64,000 bases of DNA, taken from contig CALJEX010000040.1 in assembly GCA_938074525.1 (NCBI GenBank), forward strand, positions 18 through 64,017. The letters run 5' to 3'. Source of the DNA: an uncultured Gammaproteobacteria bacterium. GTDB lineage: Bacteria; Pseudomonadota; Gammaproteobacteria; UBA4575. Below, in pieces: positions 13,327 through 22,597 of the stretch; positions within the stretch are counted from its first letter, which is position 1; each line of letters opens with the position of its first letter. The position numbers and the translations under genes are program-made. The notes below the pieces were generated by a model. That model was not told where the DNA came from. It did not search any database and saw only the letters and a list, made by a program, of their open reading frames with translations.

Positions 13327-15255
13327 TTGCCAATCGAAAATTATTTCTCCTCAAAAGGAGAACTCGCTCAAAAAATCAAAGGTTTTAAGTATCGTCCTCA
13401 GCAAGTTACGATGGCGAGTGCTGTGCATCAAGCGATTAACGATTCAAGTACCTTAGTGGTTGAAGCAGGCACTGGTGTTGGTAAAACATTCGCGTATCTA
13501 ATTCCCGCGATGTTGTCTGGTAAGAAGGTTGTGGTGTCGACAGGCACACGACACTTGCAAGATCAGCTATTTTATACAGACTTGCCGCTACTGCAGCATG
13601 CAGCCTCGCTCTCTATTAATGCCTCTATCCTCAAAGGCCGCTCAAACTATTTGTGTAAGTACCGCTTTGAACGATTTGAGCATGATCTTGGCGATAATCC
13701 AAGACTGACAAGTGCTTATAGTGAAGTGAAAGATTGGTCGCTTGTCACTAAAACAGGCGATGTTGCCGAAGTGAATGAATTGTCAGAGCAATCTGAAATT
13801 TGGCAGCATGTAACTTCCACGCGCGATAATTGTTTAGGTGGCGAATGCCCAGATTATAATAAGTGTCACGTGCTGAAAGCACGAAAGCGTGCGCAAGAAT
13901 CTGATCTTGTCGTAATTAACCATCATTTATTGTGTGCAGATCTAGTGCTTAAAGGAGAAGGCTTTGGTGAACTGTTGCCAAGTGCCGATGTTTTTGTTCT
14001 GGATGAGGCGCATCAGCTGACGGATGTGCTGCCAAATTTCTTTGGTAGTAATCTTAGTAGTCGCCAGTTGCAAGATTTGGTTGCAGATATTAGTAAGGAA
14101 TGTTCTAAGCTGACGAGTAATATTACATCAATCAGTAAAAGTTATTATGCGGTGCTAGATGTAGTGGAGAAATTTTATAGTAGCGTTGCTAAGAAGATGA
14201 AAGAACAGCGTGAGCTATGGCGCGATGTTATTAGTGATAAAACTGTTCATGCTGCATATGAGAAATTAACATCGTGTCTGCTTGTGTTGGAAGATCAATT
14301 AGCTGCAATAGGAGGAGAATCTCCTGGTTTGGCCCAGTCGTATAAGAGAGTCAGTGAAATTAATGGTTTGTTAGATGAGTTTAAAAGCGTTGATAGCAAA
14401 TTTGTTCAGTGGATAGAGTTAGGTCGAAGACGTTTTCGCTTGGGCAGTGTTCCATTGAATGTGGCAATCCCTTATCAGAAAGCAATTCAAGAATACAAAT
14501 GTGCTTGGATTTATACTTCAGCTACCCTCACGGCTAAGCAAAGCTTTAGTCATTTTACGGAGCAATTAGGTCTACAAGATTCGGAATGCGTTATGTGTGA
14601 TAGCCCATTTGACTATGCAGGACAATCTCGTTTGTATTTGCCCTCAATTAATCTTCAACCAAATGAACAGGGTTATACTGCAGAAGTTGTAAAAAGATCG
14701 ATGCCATTATTGAAAGCGAGTCGAGGAAATGCATTTATGCTATTTACTAGTCATAAGGCATTAAATCAAGCTGCTGATTTGTTGAAAGATAGTGCGTTTA
14801 ATGTATTGGTTCAAGGTGCTGCAGCCAAGCGAGAGCTTTTGAAGCAATTCCAAGAAGCTAGTAATTGCGTGTTGTTAGGTACGCAAAGTTTTTGGGAAGG
14901 TGTAGATGTTAAGGGTCAAGGTCTACGCTTAGTTATCATCGATAAACTGCCGTTTGTTTCTCCAGCTGATCCGCTAGTACGTGCGCGTTCAAAAGCATTA
15001 GAAGAGGCGGGAGAAAATCCATTTATGGTCTACCAAATTCCCCAAGCGATTTTAAATCTTAAGCAAGGGGTGGGGCGTTTAATTCGTGGCGAGCAAGATT
15101 GTGGTGTGGTCGTGCTGATGGATCCTAGGTTAAAATCTAAAGCCTATGGAAAATCATTCTTAAAAAGTTTGCCACCGATGACAATTAGTGAAGACGAAGC
15201 ACAAATCAAACAATTTCTAGATATTATTCATGACAGTGAAACTGCTGGGTATTGA
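13327..15255 (+). CDS. yoaA: DinG-family (Rad3-like, DEAD_2) ATP-dependent DNA helicase, YoaA-type
   Basis: 642 aa. N-terminus GELAQKIKGFKYRPQQVTMASAVHQAI aligns with E. coli YoaA. Walker A AGTGVGKTFAYLIP, a 4-Cys cluster region and a DEAH box (VLDEAHQL). Adjacent to tsaB (yeaZ) as in E. coli. Confidence 0.88.
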   Translation: MPIENYFSSKGELAQKIKGFKYRPQQVTMASAVHQAINDSSTLVVEAGTGVGKTFAYLIPAMLSGKKVVVSTGTRHLQDQLFYTDLPLLQHAASLSINASILKGRSNYLCKYRFERFEHDLGDNPRLTSAYSEVKDWSLVTKTGDVAEVNELSEQSEIWQHVTSTRDNCLGGECPDYNKCHVLKARKRAQESDLVVINHHLLCADLVLKGEGFGELLPSADVFVLDEAHQLTDVLPNFFGSNLSSRQLQDLVADISKECSKLTSNITSISKSYYAVLDVVEKFYSSVAKKMKEQRELWRDVISDKTVHAAYEKLTSCLLVLEDQLAAIGGESPGLAQSYKRVSEINGLLDEFKSVDSKFVQWIELGRRRFRLGSVPLNVAIPYQKAIQEYKCAWIYTSATLTAKQSFSHFTEQLGLQDSECVMCDSPFDYAGQSRLYLPSINLQPNEQGYTAEVVKRSMPLLKASRGNAFMLFTSHKALNQAADLLKDSAFNVLVQGAAAKRELLKQFQEASNCVLLGTQSFWEGVDVKGQGLRLVIIDKLPFVSPADPLVRARSKALEEAGENPFMVYQIPQAILNLKQGVGRLIRGEQDCGVVVLMDPRLKSKAYGKSFLKSLPPMTISEDEAQIKQFLDIIHDSETAGY

Positions 15256-15910
15256 GACTGCTACCGAGGCTTGTTCTGCCGCCGTGCTTGTGGATGGCGA
15301 GGTGGTTGAACGATTTGAAGTCTCGCCACGTAAACATAACGAACTCATCCTTCCTATGTGTGAGGCCGTATTAGCAGATGCCGGTATTTCTTTAAAGCAA
15401 TTAGACGGTATTGCCTTTGGCTGTGGTCCTGGCGCGTTTACTGGAATCCGTATTGCTGCAAGTGTGACTCAGGGGATTGCGCTAGCCCATGATTTGCCTG
15501 TCGCCAGTATCTCAACATTAGCGAATCTCGCCTATCAGGCTGATGAAGTTGAGGTGGATGAATTGATAATGCCGGCGATAGATGCACGCATGGATGAAAT
15601 ATATTGGGGTTTATATAAGAGAACACGAGATAGTGTCGAGCTTGTTGCTGAGGAACGAGTGCAACTGCCTGGTGAGGTATCTGTCGTTGATAGTATTTCA
15701 TGTGGTCTAGGTACGGGATGGGGTGCTTATAAGCAGGTTCTACAGCAAAGAGTAAACAGTGATAGAGAAAATATTATTGAAGATGCCTTGCCCCATGCAA
15801 AAGTTACTGTGCAACTCGCAAAAAATAAATACCTTAGTCAGCAAATGGTAGATGCAATGCATGCGCTACCAGTGTACTTGCGTAATCAAGTGGTACATCA
15901 GAAAAAATGA
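15230..15910 (+). CDS. tsaB: tRNA threonylcarbamoyladenosine biosynthesis protein TsaB (YeaZ)
   Basis: 226 aa. N-terminus LLGIETATEACSAAVL is typical of TsaB. Overlaps the yoaA 3' end by 26 nt. Confidence 0.85.
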   Translation: MTVKLLGIETATEACSAAVLVDGEVVERFEVSPRKHNELILPMCEAVLADAGISLKQLDGIAFGCGPGAFTGIRIAASVTQGIALAHDLPVASISTLANLAYQADEVEVDELIMPAIDARMDEIYWGLYKRTRDSVELVAEERVQLPGEVSVVDSISCGLGTGWGAYKQVLQQRVNSDRENIIEDALPHAKVTVQLAKNKYLSQQMVDAMHALPVYLRNQVVHQKK

Positions 15911-16329
15911 GTATGGCTCCATTTCATCTGGCATTTCCTGTCACTAATCTTGCTGCTGTTCGTGAGTTTTATTGTTCGGCATTAAGGTGTGACATTGGCA
16001 GAGAGGGCGATCGCTGGATTGATTTCAACTTCTTTGGTCACCAAATCACTGCGCACTTAGATGGAACTGCTGTGCATCAACCAAGTCGAAATCAAGTGGA
16101 TAATAAAGCAGTGCCTGCGAGACATTTTGGTGTGATTTTGGATTGGAATGCATGGGATGAATTGCTTGCACGCATAAAGTCATATGATATTGCATTCTAT
16201 ATTGAACCGTATACTCGGTTTGCAGGAGAAGCAGGCGAACAAAGAACTTTTTTTATTCAGGATCCAAGCGAAAATTTTTTAGAATTTAAATGTTTTCAAG
16301 ATAAATCTTATATATTTAGAAAAGAATGA
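15907..16329 (+). CDS. VOC-family (glyoxalase/bleomycin-resistance/dioxygenase fold) protein
   Basis: 140 aa. The FHLAFPV N-terminal beta-strand motif is typical of VOC proteins. Translationally coupled to tsaB (ATGA). Confidence 0.6.
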   Translation: MSMAPFHLAFPVTNLAAVREFYCSALRCDIGREGDRWIDFNFFGHQITAHLDGTAVHQPSRNQVDNKAVPARHFGVILDWNAWDELLARIKSYDIAFYIEPYTRFAGEAGEQRTFFIQDPSENFLEFKCFQDKSYIFRKE

Positions 16330-16331
16330 TC

Positions 16332-16694
16332 ATGAAGAAATTAATACTACTATCTTTAATGTTGAGTACTTCAGTGTATGCGCAACCACCACAGGTGGTG
16401 AAAGCAGAAGCTAGCCTAAAAACAAATCAATTATTTGATGTTTAGGTAACAATACGTCATCCCGATACAGGTTGGGATCACTACGCGAACGAATGGATTG
16501 TGTTAGACGGCGATGGTAAAGAGATTGCTAAACGGACCTTATATCATCCTCATGTGAATGAGCAGCCATTCACGCGATATGTTAGAGATATAGTGATTCC
16601 AGCAGATGTTAGCAAAGTAACAATAACGGCAAAATGTAATAAAGGGCATGATTCAAAGCCCTATGTTCTTATGGGTAAAGAAAATAAGCAGTAA
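16332..16694 (+). pseudogene. Small secreted superoxide-reductase-like (desulfoferrodoxin Fe-domain-like) protein interrupted by an in-frame TAG at 16443..16445
   Basis: ATG at 16332 gives a signal peptide MKKLILLSLMLSTSVYA, then QPPQVVKAEASLKTNQLFDV, then TAG, then (same frame) VTIRHPDTGWDHYANEWIVLDGDGKE...TAKCNKGHDSKPYVLMGKENKQ. The segment HPDTxxDHYxxEWIxL plus C-terminal CNxGH resembles the SOR centre-II pattern (IPHPNTTEHHIRYIEL ... CNIHGLW). The track shows only the post-stop piece (16500..16694). Confidence 0.45.
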
Positions 16695-16731
16695 AGTTTT
16701 TCAGGCTTTACTGCTATGTCTCTTATTTGCT

Positions 16732-18451
16732 TTAGTGTCTCTTTTTTTTCACAATGAAGACATTTTTTTGCAGTTCATTGCCGACATTGGTATTGCGCTT
16801 AATTATTTTAGCTAAAGTTGTTTTCTTGATTTTTCTTAGCTCCTTACCCCAAAAATTGTTTTCATACCAGAATCGATCGCCATCACGTAGTCTTTCAAAC
16901 TGATCTTTAAGAGTAGTGTAAAAAACTTCGCCAACCAAGGCATCGTCTATATGATCTTCTGCTAAACCACCTACCCATAAATCGACATGATCAACACTGT
17001 CGTAAGCATTCTCTAGTCTTGCTTGAACTTCTGGGTTAGACGATATTTCTGAGAATGATACTACTGGCTCTAAGCCTAACTTTTTGCGGGTGTCATTATA
17101 GCTGAGTAGGCCGTGATCACGACCTCTTTGGATATTTAATGAAGCTAAATCAAAGCCACCTTTGCCGGGTTGTCCAAATAAGAAATTCCTAACATCGTCT
17201 ATCACGAATATGTCCAAGTTTTGGCAGGTTTGTGATGCTAAACCTCTTAGTATTGGTCCGATATTGCCTTGTTCTGTTAACAGGTGTGGTGCAAAAAATG
17301 CTTCACGCAGTGAGATGTGTCCATGGCGTGTTTCTTTGCCATTCCGATTTAATCTCATAATTCTTAGTGATAATAAACTATGACCTAAGCGATATGCGGC
17401 AGTAGAGAATTCATTTGCTATGCGGGCATCAACGTCAGGCTTGTAACCCTCGTACTTAGATAAGGCATGTTTGCCTAAAAGGACCGGGATGAATTCATTG
17501 TAAGTAATGACTTGCATTTGCGCTGCAACAATACGTCTGGCGCGTTGATAAATTTCATCACCTGACAGGTGATGATTTTTTTGTTTAATCTTTTTGGCAA
17601 GGCGATTGTGTTCGCGAACAAACAAGGTATGCATAGTAGTTAAGCCTATTTGTTCATTTGCACGCACATCACCCGCTAAAAATAATTTGTCACTACTGCC
17701 GCCGGCATTGCTTAAGCCAGCAGTATTAAAAGGTAGTAACCCTTTTTTACTCGTTTTAAGTTTGCCTCAGCCATTCATTTTACGCAGTTCTATAGCACGA
17801 TCTTCATCGGATCCATATACGTTTGAAGCATCTATCCAGCCTGTGATTTCATTTAACTGTTGTCTGGGGTTGGAGCCGGGTTCATAAATTGACCTATTAA
17901 AACTCATGACGACACTTCCTGAGCTGTCTGGGTCGAACTGCGGGTCCCCGCTAGGAATTAAAATTGGTGCTAATTCTTCGGGACTAACGCCATCTGTAAT
18001 ATCTATATCGTGATCTAGGAATTGACCCCATTGCCATAGAAAATCGCTAGCGTGTTTTTTTGTTTGTGTTGAGTTTGTTTGTGACATGACAGCATTGCTA
18101 ATGTCTCTTGGGTTAGGTCTATCAATGCCTGCCATCGCGCTAGATTGATCGCTGTACCCCGCTTCTGTTGTACGAATCAATTCTATATCGGCAGCATTCA
18201 TTTCATGGTCACTCAGATTGTTATTGCTACCATCAATGGTTCTATAAAATATTTCTGAATGATTTTTTTTTATATTTATTATGATTTCTTTCAATTCTTC
18301 TAACAGGAGATGAATTAGGGTTAGACATGGTGTGATCAGCTTGATTTAGAAGGTCTTCGGTAGGGGAGATTCCTTCTGAACTGTCTGATAATGCGTGCGT
18401 TGCATATATTGATATGCATAGCGCGGCTACGCTTATAGAAATATATTTCAT
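16732..18451 (-). pseudogene. Bacterial animal-type heme peroxidase (peroxidase-cyclooxygenase superfamily), disrupted by a +1 frameshift in an A9 run and an in-frame TGA
   Basis: Three track ORFs (18242..18451, 17767..18294, 16732..17667) concatenate into one protein of about 570 aa. It has a signal peptide MKYISISVAALCISIYATHALS, then RTIDGSNNNL, then the distal heme pocket FLWQWGQFLDHDIDIT. Further on are VDASNVYGS, LLPFNTAGLSNAGGSSDKLFLAGDVRANEQIGLTTMHTLFVREHNRLA, the proximal His in YRLGHSLL, and DLWVGGLAEDH. All are hallmark animal heme peroxidase motifs. Frame change at T9 18263..18271 (A9 on the coding strand). In-frame TGA at 17767..17769. Confidence 0.78.
18263..18271 (-). repeat. 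A9 homopolymer (T9 on the plus strand) at the peroxidase frameshift site
   Basis: With A8 instead of A9 the reading becomes continuous: ...RRIERNHNKYKKNHSEIFYRTIDGSNNNL. Confidence 0.7.
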
Positions 18452-18632
18452 TTCAGTCCCTCATTTAAAATGATGTGCTTAAAAGAATAATATTCACTAT
18501 GATTGTGAATTTTTATTTAAAAATTTTTAAATTGTTGTTTTATTTTTTGATTCTTTATTTTTGTCAGATGTAAGCATTTAAGAATGTGAACTAGATCACG
18601 CAATTAACTTTAGTATGTATGGATTTTATTGC

Positions 18633-19265
18633 TTATGGTGGGCCCGATAGGGCTAAGTTTATTGCTAGCAATATAAAGATAATCGCAGTAAGCCGATTGA
18701 TAGATTTATAATTTACAGATTTTATAAGTGTTATGTTTTTATATCTCGCAGTAATAATGCTAATGCTGCCAAAGATGATTGCAACCAAGGTGGCGAACAC
18801 CATTCCTAAAAAGATAATACTGATATGTGGTTGCGTTGATGAGGAAGGTATAAATTGAGGCAAAAAAGCTAAGAAGAATAACGCTATTTTAGGATTGAGC
18901 GTGTTGATTAGTAACCCTTTTGTGTAAAACGATGTGTATCTTTGGTTCGTATCGATCGGTTTTTTGTTATTAGTATTGCTCGATGTGAGTATTTTATAGG
19001 CTAGGTATAAAAGATATCCTGCGCCTATATATTTTAAGCCGGTAAATGCAATTTCAGATGTTTGGATGATTAACGAGATGCCTAACGCGGCGGCAGTAGT
19101 ATGAATCAAATTGCCACTTGCTAATCCTAGTGCGGTAAGAAGGCCTGCTTTAGCCCCATGATTTAGTGACTGTGTGATTAAAAATATTATATCAGGGCCG
19201 GGTGCAATAATTAAAAGCAGAGATGTGATAACAAAGTAGCTGAATTCAGGCTGATCTATCATCAT
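18633..19265 (-). CDS. LysE/RhtB-family amino-acid exporter
   Basis: 210 aa, about 6 TM segments. N-terminal APGPDIIFLITQS motif typical of LysE/RhtB translocators. Confidence 0.72.
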   Translation of the reverse strand: MMIDQPEFSYFVITSLLLIIAPGPDIIFLITQSLNHGAKAGLLTALGLASGNLIHTTAAALGISLIIQTSEIAFTGLKYIGAGYLLYLAYKILTSSNTNNKKPIDTNQRYTSFYTKGLLINTLNPKIALFFLAFLPQFIPSSSTQPHISIIFLGMVFATLVAIIFGSISIITARYKNITLIKSVNYKSINRLTAIIFILLAINLALSGPP

Positions 19266-19285
19266 TTTAAAGCAAATCGATCTTG

Positions 19286-22045
19286 CTATAGTTTTTCCAT
19301 TTTATCTTTTTGTTGTTTTAATTCCGCTAGCTTTTGTTCCTGTTCTTTTAATTGGTCTTGTACTTTTTCTACTACGTCAACAGGAGCCTTGTCTTTGAAA
19401 TTTGGGTTGTTTAATTTAGCGCGGGTTTTTTCAATATTAGCTTCTAGCTTAGTGACGTCTTTTGTTAAGCGTTGTAGTTCTTCATCTTTATTGATTAGGC
19501 CTGCCAGGGGTATCAAAATTCTCATTTCGCCTACCAAGGCTAATGCGGCTTCAGGAGCTTCTTCGTTGGTCAAGACAGTGATGCTTTCCAGTTTAGTCAG
19601 TTTGTCCAACGCGTTACGGTGTGTTTCTAGTCTTTCTAGGTCTGTACTTGAACATTGTTGTAGTAAGGCGGGTATGCTTTTACTTGGAGGAATATTCATT
19701 TCCGAGCGAATTTTGCGGATGCCGGCGATAAAGTCTTTTAACCAATCTATTTCAGCAGCACTATTCACATCTACCAAATCATTGTTACTTCTTGGGTAAG
19801 GTTGAAGCATGATGGTTTTTTCGCTGATGCCTAATTTGGGTGCAATTGATTGCCAAATTTCTTCGGTAATAAAAGGAATGATTGGGTGTAGTAACCTTAG
19901 TAAATTTTCTAATACTTCAAGTAATACGCGGCGTGTTTGTTTTTTTGCTTGTTCGTCATCAGAGAACATGACTGGTTTGATTAGCTCTAAATACCAATCG
20001 CAGAATTCATTCCAAGTGAACTCGTACAAGGCTTTAGCGGCCAAGTCAAAACGATAATTTTGTATATCGCGATGAACTAAGTCGGTTAGTTCTTGTTGAC
20101 GACTAAGTATCCATTTGTCTGTGGGTGGCAATGATGCAAAATCAATTTGATCGGCGACTTGCTGATCTTCGCAATTCATTAATACAAAGCGAGATGCATT
20201 CCATAATTTGTTGCAGAAATTTCGGTAACCTTCAATGCGATTTAGGTCGAACTTAACGTCACGACCTGTTGAGGCTAACGCTGCAAAAGTGAAACGTAAT
20301 GCATCTGTGCCGTATGAAGGAATGCCGTCAGGATATTGCTTGCGTGTAGAGGCCTCAATTTTAGCAGCCATTTTAGGTTGCATGAGTCCCTTGGTGCGTT
20401 TCTCTACTAGCGCTTCTAAAGTAATGCCATCAATTAAATCAATGGGGTCTAATACATTACCTTTGGACTTTGACATTTTCTGTCCATCAGAATCACGTAC
20501 CAGTCCATGGATATAGATATCCTTGAAAGGAATGTCATCCATGAATTTCATGCCCATCATGATCATACGTGCGACCCAGAAGAAAATAATATCAAAGCCA
20601 GTGACTAGTACGGAGGTGGGATAAAATTCTTTCAGTACAGGTGTTTTGTCAGGCCAGCCTAATGTTGAGAATGGCCACAGGGCTGATGAGAACCAAGTAT
20701 CGAGCACATCTTCGTCTTGTCTAAGAGAAATACTTTCATCTAAATTATTTTTGCTGCGTGCTTCTACTTCGTCGCGACCCACATAGACATTGCCTTGTTC
20801 ATCGTACCAAGCGGGAATGCGATGCCCCCACCATAATTGACGACTAATGCACCAGTCTTGAATGTTGCGCATCCACTCGAAGTAAGTGTTATTCCAGTTT
20901 TCTGGGATAAAACGAATAGTGCCGTCTTCGACTGCTTTAATCGCGGGTTCGGCAAGCGGTTCAATTTTCACATACCATTGATCTGTTAAGAATGGTTCGA
21001 CAACGGCGCCGGAACGATCACCACGTGGCACCATAAGTTTGTGGTCGACAATTTTTTCTAATAAATCTAATTCGCTAAGATCATTGATGACTTTTTTACG
21101 TGCGTCGTAACGATCTAAATTATGAAATGCAGCAGGTGCGTTTTCATTAATCTTTGCATCAATAGTGAAAATATTAATCTTGGGTAAATCATGACGTTGG
21201 CCAACTTCATAGTCATTAAAGTCATGCGCAGGCGTAATCTTTACGCAACCTGAGCCGAATTCTGGGTCCACATAATCATCTGCAATGATAGGTATTTCTC
21301 TATCGCATAGAGGTAGTGTGATAGATTTTCCGACTAAATGTTTGTAACGTTCATCTTCTGGATGCACTGCCACTGCGCTATCGCCAAGCATGGTTTCGGG
21401 GCGAGTGGTGGCGACGACTAAGTGTCCACTACCGTCAGTTAACTGATAACGCATATGCCAAAGGTGGCCATTTTCTTCTTCTGAGATGACTTCTAAGTCA
21501 GAGACCGCAGTATGTAATACAGGGTCCCAATTGACTAATCGTTTGCCACGGTAAATTAAACCTTCATCATGCAAGCGAACAAATACTTCGCGTACGGCTT
21601 TGGATAAACCTTCATCCATGGTGAATCTTTCACGCGACCAATCGACTGAAGAACCTAACCGTTCTAATTGTTGTGAAATGGTGTTACCGGATTGTTGTTT
21701 CCATTCCCAGACTTTATCTAGAAAAGCTTCACGACCTAATTCTGTACGTGATGTGCCCGCAGCGTTGAGTTGTCGTTCTACTACCATTTGTGTAGCAATA
21801 CCTGCGTGGTCGGTGCCAGGTTGCCATAGAGTGTTGTCACCACACATGCGGTGATAACGAGTTAAGCTGTCCATCACGGTATTATTGAAAGCGTGACCCA
21901 TATGTAAGGTACCAGTGACATTGGGAGGTGGGATCATTATGCAAAATGGCTGAGTGCCTGATTCGCCAGGTTTGAAATATCCTTGAGATTTCCATTCCTG
22001 ATACCAATGTTTTTCAATGTCGTGAGGCTGGTAGACTTTTTCCAC
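19286..22045 (-). CDS. valS: Valine--tRNA ligase
   Basis: 919 aa. [19 protein letters not shown]-terminus, [13 protein letters not shown] (HIGH motif), KMSKS motif and a C-terminal coiled coil. Confidence 0.97.
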   Translation of the reverse strand: MEKVYQPHDIEKHWYQEWKSQGYFKPGESGTQPFCIMIPPPNVTGTLHMGHAFNNTVMDSLTRYHRMCGDNTLWQPGTDHAGIATQMVVERQLNAAGTSRTELGREAFLDKVWEWKQQSGNTISQQLERLGSSVDWSRERFTMDEGLSKAVREVFVRLHDEGLIYRGKRLVNWDPVLHTAVSDLEVISEEENGHLWHMRYQLTDGSGHLVVATTRPETMLGDSAVAVHPEDERYKHLVGKSITLPLCDREIPIIADDYVDPEFGSGCVKITPAHDFNDYEVGQRHDLPKINIFTIDAKINENAPAAFHNLDRYDARKKVINDLSELDLLEKIVDHKLMVPRGDRSGAVVEPFLTDQWYVKIEPLAEPAIKAVEDGTIRFIPENWNNTYFEWMRNIQDWCISRQLWWGHRIPAWYDEQGNVYVGRDEVEARSKNNLDESISLRQDEDVLDTWFSSALWPFSTLGWPDKTPVLKEFYPTSVLVTGFDIIFFWVARMIMMGMKFMDDIPFKDIYIHGLVRDSDGQKMSKSKGNVLDPIDLIDGITLEALVEKRTKGLMQPKMAAKIEASTRKQYPDGIPSYGTDALRFTFAALASTGRDVKFDLNRIEGYRNFCNKLWNASRFVLMNCEDQQVADQIDFASLPPTDKWILSRQQELTDLVHRDIQNYRFDLAAKALYEFTWNEFCDWYLELIKPVMFSDDEQAKKQTRRVLLEVLENLLRLLHPIIPFITEEIWQSIAPKLGISEKTIMLQPYPRSNNDLVDVNSAAEIDWLKDFIAGIRKIRSEMNIPPSKSIPALLQQCSSTDLERLETHRNALDKLTKLESITVLTNEEAPEAALALVGEMRILIPLAGLINKDEELQRLTKDVTKLEANIEKTRAKLNNPNFKDKAPVDVVEKVQDQLKEQEQKLAELKQQKDKMEKL

Positions 22046-22173
22046 GGTGGGTAGGTTTCCTGAAGATGATTATTATTGTTGCGTGAGAATTTATGCTCAC
22101 TATTCTATTTGTAAACGGGTGTGCTCACCATTGTTTGTTGCTTAAATAGTATAAAAAAGTGCGTGAGTAACCT

Positions 22174-22596
22174 TTAGCTAACTTGGTGATGAGTGGGTGT
22201 ATCGCCTTTTTCTTTGTAGAAGCGGAAACGCTCACGCGCTTTTTGTTTCATTGTATCGTCAGGACCTACAACTTCTATCACGCGTTCAAATTGATTATAA
22301 AAATCTGGTGCGTCAGGTGTTAGATTCACCAATAGTTCACGTTGGGTGGGTAGTTGCTCGTGATTTAGGGTAACGGCACATAGCTCATTTTCTGAGCAGA
22401 CTTGCTGGTGGGGAATGAAACTTCGGTCGCGAAACACCCAAAGTAGCTCATCCATTTGCATGGTTAAGCTTTCATTGGGCGTATGGATATGAACATGCAT
22501 ACCTAGTGTGTAAGCTTTCTCAACCAGTCTGCACGCGTACCTCAGCCAAGCGTCAGCTGCGCTATCGTCGACAATATAAAAATCGATTTGTGGCAC
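22174..22596 (-). CDS. holC: DNA polymerase III chi subunit
   Basis: 140 aa. N-terminus MPQIDFYIVDD. pepA-holC-valS synteny as in E. coli. Confidence 0.82.
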   Translation of the reverse strand: MPQIDFYIVDDSAADAWLRYACRLVEKAYTLGMHVHIHTPNESLTMQMDELLWVFRDRSFIPHQQVCSENELCAVTLNHEQLPTQRELLVNLTPDAPDFYNQFERVIEVVGPDDTMKQKARERFRFYKEKGDTPTHHQVS

Positions 22597-22597
22597 G

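Noticed and set aside
16443-16445. Alternative genetic code (TGA=Trp or TAG sense) explaining the in-frame stops
   Set aside because: Dozens of conserved genes in the window terminate at TGA or TAG exactly where their orthologues end (for example the rnhB TGA overlapping the dnaE ATG). So the standard code 11 is in use.
17767-17769. In-frame TGA in the peroxidase read as selenocysteine
   Set aside because: The position aligns to a non-conserved linker of animal peroxidases, not a redox Cys. I see no SECIS-like stem-loop in the ~40 nt downstream (ggcaaacttaaaacgagtaaaaaagggttactacc). A nonsense mutation (GGA or TGG to TGA) is simpler.
22046-22173. Intergenic regions of 100 nt or more (22046..22173, 26774..27024, 41279..41436, 61087..61190) as hidden tRNA or sRNA genes
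   Set aside because: No cloverleaf-compatible segments were found, and no conserved tRNA features such as GTTC-type T-loops in the proper context. The regions are AT-rich and look like promoter or leader sequence.
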